A stretch of 38,462 nt of DNA from a virus (Duplodnaviria; Caudoviricetes), in IMG/VR virus record IMGVR_UViG_3300020045_002418, positions 1 through 38,462 of that record; one strand, given 5' to 3'. The position numbers and the translations under genes are program-made. Below, piece after piece: positions 1 to 7,767 of the stretch. The number at the start of each line of letters is the position of its first letter. Within the stretch, counting starts at the first letter, position 1. Under the pieces are notes generated by a model. That model did not search any database. It was not told the DNA's origin and worked only from the letters and a program-made list of their open reading frames with translations.

Positions 1-17
1 TAATATGAAAGGCCACC

Positions 18-1349
18 ATGGCAAACTTAAGTGACATCGTAAATGTCAGTATTTCTCTAAATACGACTGGCGTAGAAAGGGCGGATTTCGGGACACAAAT
101 TATTGTCGGCCCGACTATGGCCTTCGCAGCCCGTGTGCAGTCTTACACGCGCTATGACGATGCTGTACTGGCTGGACTGCCTGAGCCAATGCTTAAGGCT
201 GTACAGGCGGCATTCTCGCAAACACCTCACCCGCGTCAGGTCAAAGTTGGACGCCGCAAGGTTGGCACTGCAATTGTAAATATTGTGGCTGCAAACCTTA
301 CTACCTACACCATCACGGTGGCCGGTACTTCACCAGAGGTTTACACGTTCACTAGCGATGTAACTGCAACCGCTGCCGAAATCGCAACCGGCTTGGCTTT
401 GGCTATCACTTCGGACACTAACGAAACCCTGACTGCTACAGTGGTTGGCGATACCGTTTCGCTGGCTTGGATTAGTCAATCTAACCTGCAAGGCGTTACG
501 CTGGGCTCTAACTTGTCTTGGGGTGCATTCACCACGGTCGATAGCGTGGCCTTGGATATGGCTGCTATCGTGCTGGAGGACAATGCTTGGTATGGCTTGA
601 TTAGCTCTGACCGTACAAAACAGGTACAGCTTGATTTTGCAGCTTGGACTGAGACGCAAGAAAAGCTGTTTGGCATGGCAAGCGACGAAGCTGCTATTTT
701 GACCAATGGCGTGGCCACTGACGTGATTAGCGTGATGAAAGATACGCGCTATTACCGCACCTATGCGGCCTATAGTGCTAACGCTGCTACGCAGTACCCG
801 GATGCGGCTTGGATGTCGGCGGTGTTTCCACTGCAACCCGGTTCTGAGACTTGGGCATTGAAAAAGCTTGGTGGCGTTACACCTGACAAGCTGCCAGCGA
901 CTGACCGAAACACCATTCTAGGTAAGGGCGGCAATACTTTCGAGTATTACCAGACTCAGATCGCACTGACCAATCCCGGTAAAGTGGCGGCAGGGGAGTG
1001 GATTGACGTTATCCGTGGCCGTGACTGGTTGAAAGATTTGATCCAGACCAACATGGTCATGATGATGATTAATCGCGCTAAGGTGCCTTACACCGATGCG
1101 GGTATTCAACTTTGCGTCACTAACCTGCGTAAGTCTTTGCAGCAAGGCGTGAGCGTTGGTTATATCGCGCCTGATGAAATCGACGCCGATGGCAATACCG
1201 TTCCCGGATTTGTTATCACTGCGCCCATCTCTTCTGAGATTGACCCATTGGTCAAAGCCTCTCGCGTGCTGACATTGGACTTCTCGGCCCGTCTGGCTGG
1301 GGCTCTGCATGTGGTTCAAATTAATGGTGCCGTAGGGTACGAGATTTAA
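18..1349 (+). CDS. Contractile tail sheath protein (DUF3383-type)
   Basis: 443 aa. N-terminal 'LSDIVNVSI', 'AFSQTPHPRQVKVGR', 'PGSETWALKKLGGV', 'GEWIDVIRGRDWL' and 'KVPYTDAGI' match the DUF3383 sheath pattern. RBS aaagg; followed by the tube gene. Confidence 0.9.
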   Translation: MANLSDIVNVSISLNTTGVERADFGTQIIVGPTMAFAARVQSYTRYDDAVLAGLPEPMLKAVQAAFSQTPHPRQVKVGRRKVGTAIVNIVAANLTTYTITVAGTSPEVYTFTSDVTATAAEIATGLALAITSDTNETLTATVVGDTVSLAWISQSNLQGVTLGSNLSWGAFTTVDSVALDMAAIVLEDNAWYGLISSDRTKQVQLDFAAWTETQEKLFGMASDEAAILTNGVATDVISVMKDTRYYRTYAAYSANAATQYPDAAWMSAVFPLQPGSETWALKKLGGVTPDKLPATDRNTILGKGGNTFEYYQTQIALTNPGKVAAGEWIDVIRGRDWLKDLIQTNMVMMMINRAKVPYTDAGIQLCVTNLRKSLQQGVSVGYIAPDEIDADGNTVPGFVITAPISSEIDPLVKASRVLTLDFSARLAGALHVVQINGAVGYEI

Positions 1350-1359
1350 GGAATAAAAA

Positions 1360-1788
1360 ATGGCAACTACTTACGACCCAACTAAACTTACCGTTATTGT
1401 CGGTGGCGTTATCGTCTCGGGCTTTATTGATGGCGACTTTATTACCGCAAAACGTGACGAAGACCTCTACATGAAGCGCGTTGGCGCTGATGGCCACGTC
1501 GCCCGTGCTCGCAATGGCAATAAGTCTGGCTCGATTGAAATCAAACTGCTGCAAAGCTCGCCAGCGGTTAATGAACTGTCTGCACTGGTGGCGCTTGATA
1601 ACTTCCTGTTTGATGGTGACATTCTGATTCCAATCCAGATCGTATCGCCAGGTGATGGTGCTGAACTGGTGGTTTCCACTCAGTCGTGGCTCAAAACCCC
1701 GCCTGAGATTGTCTTTGGCAAAGAAGTCGGCGAGCGTTCTTTCCTGTTCGATTGTGCTGATTTGAAACTGTCACTCGCAGGCACCTAA
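1360..1788 (+). CDS. Tail tube protein (DUF3277-type)
   Basis: 142 aa, 'TYDPTKLTVIVGG...VGADG...SGSIEIKLLQSSP'. Directly after the sheath; RBS aagga. Confidence 0.85.
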   Translation: MATTYDPTKLTVIVGGVIVSGFIDGDFITAKRDEDLYMKRVGADGHVARARNGNKSGSIEIKLLQSSPAVNELSALVALDNFLFDGDILIPIQIVSPGDGAELVVSTQSWLKTPPEIVFGKEVGERSFLFDCADLKLSLAGT

Positions 1789-1806
1789 TCTCTGGGGTGT
1801 GCGTTG

Positions 1807-1839
1807 GTCCGTCATGATTCGCTCTGACGGGCTTTTTTT
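1807..1839 (+). terminator. Intrinsic terminator after sheath/tube
   Basis: GTCCGTCA-loop-TGACGGGC stem followed by T7. A TATAAT at 1842-1847 suggests re-initiation downstream. Confidence 0.7.
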
Positions 1840-1874
1840 CGTATAATTGAAACAAATACACATAAGGAAAAACG

Positions 1875-2330
1875 ATGCACCCAGAAACAATTATTATCGG
1901 CCAGTCTGAATACACGGCGATGAAGATGAATGCGTTTGACGCTAACAAGATTCTGTTGCGTTTGAATAAAGTCATCTTGCCTGTCATTGGTGGTTTGACC
2001 AAGGGAAAAGGCTCTGTCAATCTGTTGGATGCTGATTTGAGTGAGGTGACTAATATCCTTGCTGAAAATCTCACTGAAGAAGTGATGGATTCGATTGTGT
2101 TCCCGATGTTTGCAAATTCGCGGGTTTACTTTATTGAAAAGAAGATTTTCATTAAAGATGCGATGGGTGTAAACCAAGCGTTTACCGCCGATAACCTGTT
2201 TGACTTTTATGAGCTAATCTGGGAGGTTCTTAAATTGAACTTTGCAGTTTTTTTCAAAAAAGCGGCGGGGAACTTTGGGAGCCTAACCGCCGGGGCTCAA
2301 ACTCAAGCGGCGAAGCCCCCGGCAAATTAA
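1875..2330 (+). CDS. Tail assembly chaperone (lambda gpG analogue)
   Basis: 151 aa between tube and tape measure; contains the slippery heptamer T TTT TTC at 2249-2255. Confidence 0.8.
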   Translation: MHPETIIIGQSEYTAMKMNAFDANKILLRLNKVILPVIGGLTKGKGSVNLLDADLSEVTNILAENLTEEVMDSIVFPMFANSRVYFIEKKIFIKDAMGVNQAFTADNLFDFYELIWEVLKLNFAVFFKKAAGNFGSLTAGAQTQAAKPPAN

Positions 2331-2500
2331 GAGCTGACCTAGAGTCTGAGCTTTGGATATGGCGTCCTATATTGGCAAAGAAAACCACGATCACAGAGGT
2401 GAAGGATGGGACGGCTAGCGTTGAAGATTTGATGAAGTTGAATGCTTTAATGGATATGTCGGATGCTTATCAAGATCAGGCGATGAAAAAGAAAGATTGA
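2249..2500 (+). CDS. -1 frameshift extension of the tail assembly chaperone (gpGT analogue)
   Basis: The -1 frame is open from the slippery site to TGA at 2498-2500 (...PGKLRADLESELWIWRPILAKKTTITEVKDGTASVEDLMKLNALMDMSDAYQDQAMKKKD*) and ends 4 nt before the tape measure ATG. Confidence 0.75.
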   Translation, partial: FFQKSGGELWEPNRRGSNSSGEAPGKLRADLESELWIWRPILAKKTTITEVKDGTASVEDLMKLNALMDMSDAYQDQAMKKKD

Positions 2501-2504
2501 ATAT

Positions 2505-3995
2505 ATGGCAGTTGTTAGAGAGTTGATTACCCGTTTGGGCTTTGGCGTAGATCAGGGAAGCATGAACCGTGCCGAAGGCTCTATTAACAAGCTGTCAGGT
2601 ATGTTATCAGGATTGGCTGCGTTTGCTTCGCTACGGGCTTTGGCCGCTGTTGGCGATTCGATGCAATCTCTAGAGGCTCGTATTGGGATGCTGCCTCAGA
2701 CTATTGGTGATGTAGGCGTGGCCTTTGACACTATCGCCGGTCGGGCATCAAATGCCAAGCAATCAATCGACGCCTATGGTGAGTTTTACGTCAAGGCTGG
2801 TAACGCAACTCAAGATTTTATTCACACTCAGGAAGAGCTTTTAAACATCGTTGACGGGGCTGCATTTGGATTGGCTGCTAGTGGCGCTGGAGCTGTCGCT
2901 CAATCGCAAGCGTTTTTCCAGCTTGGCCAAGCCATCGGCTCGCCGATTGTCCAAATGGAAGAGATGAATACTCTGATTGACGTAGCGCCTGATCTATTCC
3001 GAGAACTTGGCAAGCAAATTCCGGGCGCTGAAGGTAACTTGAAAAAGTTCATTGGAACGGGTAAAGTTACCGGGAAAATGTTGGCTGAAGGATTGACAAA
3101 AGCGGCTGTCATTTTTGAAGACAAAATGCGCAAAATGCCAATGACAATTGGCACGGCGACAACCTTAATCGGTAATGACTTTAAAAAGATGGTGGCGCGT
3201 CTTAATCGTGAGTCTGGTGTGATTACTGGAATTGCCGAATTCATGGCAAGTGGATTCAAGAAGATTGAAGCCAAGTTCAATGCGTTTATTTCATTCGTTG
3301 GCGGTGGCACTAACGCTTTGAAAGTATTTGGCATTGCTTTGGCTGCTTTGCTCGGACCTATCGCGCTTGGTGGCTTGCTAAGTGTGCTTGGAGCCATCCT
3401 GTCACCGGCTGGCCTTGTCGTGGCTTCGCTTGTCTTGCTTGGCCTAGCCATTGATGATATTTACACCTACATGGAAGGCGGGCAGTCACTGTTTGGTGAC
3501 TTCCTGAAAGACTTGAAAAATGGCGATGCTATAACAACTGTTTTGACGGCTGGCCTTGTAGCTGCTACGGCTCAGTTTGGTTATGTTGCTGTTGCTTACG
3601 CTGCCATGTGGGCAAAAATGCGTATTACGGCCTTGCTAGAGGGTGCGCGTGTTGCTGGGGCTTGGCTTATGGCAATGGGGCCGACTGGCTGGGCTATTGC
3701 TGCTGGCGCTGGGATTGTGTTGGGTATAGGGGCTTTAATGAACCATGTAAACAGCACAATTGCAGAAGAGAAAGGCAAACCTAGAGTGGGGCCGGGTAGC
3801 GTAAGCCCTAGAACTTTACTGCCTAACCTCGCGCCAGCGTCACCCACTGCGCCAGCTTTCCATCAAACAAACAATTTCACCATGCCGCCCGGTACGCCTC
3901 AAGAGCATATCAATTTGCTTGAAAAAGGCGCGGTTAATATTCTTGGTCGAGAGACTGAGAAAATGGCGCGTGATATGAATGCACAGGGTAATTAA
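2505..3995 (+). CDS. Tape measure protein
   Basis: 496 aa, Ala/Gly-rich and helical, with tape-measure-domain motifs 'QAFFQLGQAIGS...EEMNTL' and 'GKVTGKML'. Hydrophobic central segment; position after the chaperones. Confidence 0.85.
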   Translation: MAVVRELITRLGFGVDQGSMNRAEGSINKLSGMLSGLAAFASLRALAAVGDSMQSLEARIGMLPQTIGDVGVAFDTIAGRASNAKQSIDAYGEFYVKAGNATQDFIHTQEELLNIVDGAAFGLAASGAGAVAQSQAFFQLGQAIGSPIVQMEEMNTLIDVAPDLFRELGKQIPGAEGNLKKFIGTGKVTGKMLAEGLTKAAVIFEDKMRKMPMTIGTATTLIGNDFKKMVARLNRESGVITGIAEFMASGFKKIEAKFNAFISFVGGGTNALKVFGIALAALLGPIALGGLLSVLGAILSPAGLVVASLVLLGLAIDDIYTYMEGGQSLFGDFLKDLKNGDAITTVLTAGLVAATAQFGYVAVAYAAMWAKMRITALLEGARVAGAWLMAMGPTGWAIAAGAGIVLGIGALMNHVNSTIAEEKGKPRVGPGSVSPRTLLPNLAPASPTAPAFHQTNNFTMPPGTPQEHINLLEKGAVNILGRETEKMARDMNAQGN

Positions 3996-4619
3996 ATGAT
4001 AGGTTTTTACTACGGCGGGCCAACTTCCAGCACTAAAGTGTTTGGAGGAATCGCTTCTATTGACTTTGATGCTACGCTTGACGAATTGCACGACTGGCGC
4101 AATGAAGTTACTCAAAACCCGGTAGAGTCTGGATCTCCAGTCACTGACCATGTGATTGAGCGCTCTGACCGTTTGAAACTAACAGGCACCATCACAAACA
4201 GCCCGTTACGCGGTGAATTTGCTGGGCGGTACTTTGGTGGCGATAACGAATCACCACGCATTCAGACGGCTTTTGATGCCATTCGTGAGCTGTTTAAATC
4301 GCGTGATGTAGTAGTTGTCTACACCAAGCACGCAATTTATACCGATATGGTGATCGAATCCGTTTCAATCCCGCGCAATGCTCAGATTGGCGAAGAGGTT
4401 CAGTTTACGATGGAACTTGTAAACGTCCGTTTTGTTGATACTCAGTTGGTAAAGTTGCCACTTGGTATTAGTGCTAAGAAGGATAAGAAGGCAGGCGGGT
4501 CTGGTGGCGCGACTGCAAAGAAGGCTGAACCACAAAAGACGGCTGGGCAGAAAATGCTAGATGAAAATTACAAGACTCGCGGTAGTGCAACTAGCATTCT
4601 GAAAAAGGTGCTTCAATGA
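3996..4619 (+). CDS. Baseplate/tail tube initiator (Dit-like)
   Basis: 'FDATLDELHD...VTQNPVESGSPVTDHVI' is typical of Dit-like proteins that follow the tape measure. Confidence 0.7.
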   Translation: MIGFYYGGPTSSTKVFGGIASIDFDATLDELHDWRNEVTQNPVESGSPVTDHVIERSDRLKLTGTITNSPLRGEFAGRYFGGDNESPRIQTAFDAIRELFKSRDVVVVYTKHAIYTDMVIESVSIPRNAQIGEEVQFTMELVNVRFVDTQLVKLPLGISAKKDKKAGGSGGATAKKAEPQKTAGQKMLDENYKTRGSATSILKKVLQ

Positions 4620-5050
4620 TTCTCGCTGAAATCCCACTATTGCCAGATACAACTGACCAACTGATTGACGTTGTTTTAAGTGATAACCCGTACACTTTGC
4701 GCATTCTTTGGAATGAAAAGTACGGCTATTTTTCGCTGTCAATTTACGCTCGGGATGGCGCTGTCATTCTCGAGAATATCAAGATGGTGAAAAACTACCC
4801 GCTAATTGGACGGTTTAAAAATACGCTGTTGCCAATTGGTGATTTGTATTTTATCGACAACAAAAACAAGCATTCACGCGCACTTTATGAATCAGTCGGA
4901 ACGGGTGATTATTCGCTGGTTTATTATGTGCCTGATGTTGTAGCGTCTGAGGTTGTAGTTATTACGCCATTGGCGGCTGTTAGTGGCTCGATCTGGGACA
5001 GCGGACTCACTGTATTCGATGGCGGCAAATCGGTATGGGATGGTGCTTAA
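4616..5050 (+). CDS. Small baseplate protein
   Basis: 144 aa, 'YTLRILWNEKYGYFSLSIY' pattern, ATGA overlap, conserved position before the hub gene. Confidence 0.6.
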   Translation: MILAEIPLLPDTTDQLIDVVLSDNPYTLRILWNEKYGYFSLSIYARDGAVILENIKMVKNYPLIGRFKNTLLPIGDLYFIDNKNKHSRALYESVGTGDYSLVYYVPDVVASEVVVITPLAAVSGSIWDSGLTVFDGGKSVWDGA

Positions 5051-5974
5051 ATGGCTTTATTTGACCGTGTAGCATCGTTAGCCGTTGGCAAGCCTGACGG
5101 TAAAGCCGTGGAGATTCGTGATCTACGGTTTTCGTTCTCGATTGAAAAGGGTTCGATTGATACGCCTAATTCGTGCACCTGTCGCATCTACAATTTAAAT
5201 AAAGACTCACGCGCTTTGGTCGAGACGGTTAACAACATCCTGATTTTGAAGGCTGGTTACAAACGCGACGTTGGCGAGATTACCATCTTCACCGGTACAG
5301 TCACGCGTGCTTTGACTCGCATTGAAGGCGCTGACTCTGTAACCGAGTTGGAAATGTCAGACGGTGGCGCTGAATACAAAGACACAAAGACTTCTTTCAG
5401 CTTTGCTCCGGGTGTATCTGCACAGCAAGTTTTGAGCAACATTGCCGCCACTTTTAACCTGCCTATTAGACCATTGCCAAAAGAGATATCCACTAAGACC
5501 TATCCTGACGGCTTCGCCTTCATTGGCCGGTCACGCGAAGCCATGAAAAAGGCTTGTGACTTTCTTGGCCTTGAATGGTCAATCCAGAATCGTGAATTGC
5601 AGATCCTTAAACAAGGCAAGGCAGTTGATATGCAAGCCTTCGTGCTATCGCCTGATACCGGGTTGATTGAGTCACCAGAATCAGAGCATAAGATTTACTC
5701 AGAAAAGACAGCCGCTAAAAAAGGATTCACAGAGAAGCAAAAAGGCGTGCGCGTGACTTATGGCGAGACCGAAGGCGGCAAGAACGAAAAGAAACTAGAA
5801 GTCCAAGGCTACCGCGTTAAAAGCCTTTTACAGCCCGCATTGCAGCCGGGTGGATATGTTCGCTTGGATACCCGTGGAATTGATAAAGAGTTTTTCAGGG
5901 TTGAAACCGTAACCCATTCTGGCGATACTCACGGCGCTGACTGGTTTTCTCAGTTGGTGTTGAGATACGTGTAA
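5051..5974 (+). CDS. Baseplate hub protein
   Basis: 307 aa, 'DLRFSFSIEK...PNSCTCRIYNL...LKAGY', 'WSIQN', 'PDTGLIESPE', 'HSGDTHGADW'. Confidence 0.75.
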   Translation: MALFDRVASLAVGKPDGKAVEIRDLRFSFSIEKGSIDTPNSCTCRIYNLNKDSRALVETVNNILILKAGYKRDVGEITIFTGTVTRALTRIEGADSVTELEMSDGGAEYKDTKTSFSFAPGVSAQQVLSNIAATFNLPIRPLPKEISTKTYPDGFAFIGRSREAMKKACDFLGLEWSIQNRELQILKQGKAVDMQAFVLSPDTGLIESPESEHKIYSEKTAAKKGFTEKQKGVRVTYGETEGGKNEKKLEVQGYRVKSLLQPALQPGGYVRLDTRGIDKEFFRVETVTHSGDTHGADWFSQLVLRYV

Positions 5975-6074
5975 TGGTGGGGTGGCCGGTACTGATTTCC
6001 GGCATGGCTTCTTTCTGTTGCTCAAGACAACATGGTCTTACCTGACTAGCGCATCAGCCTGCGCATTCGCCCCA
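5975..6074 (-). ncRNA. C4 antisense RNA-like cloverleaf RNA (P1 c4 / Rfam C4 family)
   Basis: The minus strand reads TGGGGCGAATGCGCAGGCTGATGCGC...GCCGGAAATCAGTACCGGCCACCCCACCA. The GCGC-AGGCTGAT-GCGC and GCCGG-AAATCAGTA-CCGGC hairpins match the C4 consensus as I recall it. Terminal stem and encoded CCA end. Confidence 0.8.
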
Positions 6075-6079
6075 TAAAT

Positions 6080-6670
6080 ATTGATGATGTCTCCGACTTT
6101 ACTGGAGAACGCGTTTATCGTGACCCTCGCGGTTTCGATGCATCTCTGCCGATCTTGGTAAAACGCTTCACATTATTGGGTGCCGGGAACCCCCAGCATT
6201 GCCCTCACCATCAATCATAAGCCCTGACTTTACCCATACCAATTAAAACATGGCAAGGCTCATGATTGATAGCCGCATGGTTTCCACATGCGCCCACTTC
6301 GCTTTTAAGTCTGCGTGTCCAAGACTTTGATGGTTGCCGATTACGCCGTTAAGCGTTCTTGCGTCCGTTTGTTTACCCGTGTACTTTGGCAAACGTGTAC
6401 TATCTATACCAAGCCATCAAGTAAGCGGGCTGGGCTTGATTCCAGCTAAGTTGCATTACGGCATATTCCACGGTTTTGTTGTGCGGTTTCTCCCCGCATC
6501 GAATTTGGCTCTAGAACCATTAACTACTCTCGCTAAAGAAGCATCAACTTACTGCCACGTTGCGTGTCCATCCACGCCGCCGCTTACTTGATAGCTGCCA
6601 ATTACGTTGGCAATTCGGCTACCTGATAACCTTGTATAACCGGGTGCGCATCGGCCTATGGATTGAAGTT
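6080..6670 (-). ncRNA. Putative multi-domain structured RNA upstream of the C4 RNA
   Basis: Long stems 6580-6595/6413-6428 (16 bp), 6254-6273/6207-6226 (20 bp), 6206-6215/6080-6089 and 6410-6420/6327-6336. Most non-Watson-Crick positions resolve as G-U pairs only on the minus strand. No credible CDS. Confidence 0.6.
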
Positions 6671-6696
6671 TACAGCCATTTCACTAATAAATTCAA
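6667..6696 (-). promoter_or_regulatory. Putative sigma70 promoter for the ncRNA locus
   Basis: Minus strand TTGAAT-18 nt-TAAACT in an AT-rich patch, back-to-back with the spike promoter. Confidence 0.45.
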
Positions 6697-6698
6697 TT

Positions 6699-6726
6699 TT
6701 GTCAAAATAAATTTATGGGCTAAAAT
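6699..6726 (+). promoter_or_regulatory. Putative sigma70 promoter for spike/baseplate genes (leaderless)
   Basis: TTGTCA-16 nt-TAAAAT; ATG at 6734 lies 7 nt downstream with no Shine-Dalgarno. Confidence 0.55.
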
Positions 6727-6733
6727 GTGTTAT

Positions 6734-7420
6734 ATGGCAGAAAATAACGACTTTATCAGCGCACTAAAAAGCATGGTAGACGGTCGTCTGCATGAAATCA
6801 ATACAAGCCTGCCGGGTGTGATCACTGGTTACGCCAATGGCCGCGCCAGTGTGCAGCCTACGCCTAAACGACGCTTCGCTGATGGTGATGTCTTGACATT
6901 CCCAATCCTGCAAAACGTGCGGGTTTGCTGGCCTAGCTTTAGTGGCGGGTCGGCGGGTGTTAAGGGGCCGATTAAACCGGGTGATAAGTGCCTTTTGGTG
7001 TTTGCACAACAAGCGGTTGACGGTACGGATGATGCTCGCCGGTTTGATATTTCAGACTCTTATTGCATCCCGTGCGACCTTGGCAGTGCTGGCGCTGGTG
7101 ATAGTGGCAATAATGCCGACTTAACGGTGTTTTACGGGCCTGCGTCTATGCGCCTTACCGCTGGTGGTGCTTTGCTGATTACAGCGCCGGGAGGGGTCAC
7201 TATTGAGACGCCTAGCACGACTAATACCGGGACACTAACGACTCAAGGGCTTTTGTCTTATATGGCTGGCCTTGCTGGTGTTGGTGGTGGGGCCGGATCT
7301 ACGATTAGCGGTGAACTCACTCAAACGGGTGGCGATTTGTCTAGTAACGGCATCACGCTTGCTACTCACGTCCACAGTGGCGTGCAGTCTGGGCCATCTA
7401 ATACAGGGACACCGGTTTGA
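6734..7420 (+). CDS. Baseplate central spike (Gp138 / gpV-like)
   Basis: Real start is probably ATG 6734 (MAENNDFISAL...). 'INTSLPGVI', 'PIKPGDKCLLVFAQ', 'RRFDISD' and a C-terminal iron-binding HxH motif 'THVHSGVQSG'. Confidence 0.85.
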   Translation: MAENNDFISALKSMVDGRLHEINTSLPGVITGYANGRASVQPTPKRRFADGDVLTFPILQNVRVCWPSFSGGSAGVKGPIKPGDKCLLVFAQQAVDGTDDARRFDISDSYCIPCDLGSAGAGDSGNNADLTVFYGPASMRLTAGGALLITAPGGVTIETPSTTNTGTLTTQGLLSYMAGLAGVGGGAGSTISGELTQTGGDLSSNGITLATHVHSGVQSGPSNTGTPV

Positions 7421-7767
7421 TTGATATTGCACTTGACAAAATAACTCACGACCTTGTTTTGACCAACAATGATCTGGTGATGTTGGACGGCGCTGAACGT
7501 GTGCGTCAGCACTTAGCCATTAAGCTGAAGTTGTGGGTAGGCGAGTGGTTTATGGATACTGAGTTTGGCACGCCATATCTGACTGACATTCTCGGCAAAC
7601 AGGTTAGCCTAGCTGGCTCTGTTGCGGCTTTGAAGAAGTCAATTTCAGAGGTTGACGGAGTGCAGTCAATCACGCGCTTTGAGTTTGATTTTAACCGTTC
7701 GTCAAGGTCTTTAAACGTGGATTTTGACGTGCAAACACCATACGGGATTGTGACCTATGCCACTTAA
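7417..7767 (+). CDS. Baseplate wedge / sheath initiator (gp25-like)
   Basis: 'VRQHLAIKLKLWVGEWFMDTEFGTPY'; between spike and baseplate J. Confidence 0.8.
   Translation: MIDIALDKITHDLVLTNNDLVMLDGAERVRQHLAIKLKLWVGEWFMDTEFGTPYLTDILGKQVSLAGSVAALKKSISEVDGVQSITRFEFDFNRSSRSLNVDFDVQTPYGIVTYAT

Noticed and set aside
6027-6034. C4 arm sequence CATGTTGT complementary to the start region ACAACATG of the gene starting at 25472
   Set aside because: An 8-nt match is expected by chance in a window of this size, and the segment is partly paired within a hairpin.
6334-6591. 85-aa + strand ORF, and the 58-codon N-terminal extension of the spike ORF from 6560
   Set aside because: TTG starts without an RBS and no protein-like motifs. 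The region is better explained by minus-strand RNA structure and a promoter before ATG 6734.
5975-6595. Canonical tRNA genes or a hammerhead ribozyme in the RNA locus
   Set aside because: No GTTCRA T-loop or 7-nt anticodon loop, and no CTGATGA...GAAA hammerhead core.
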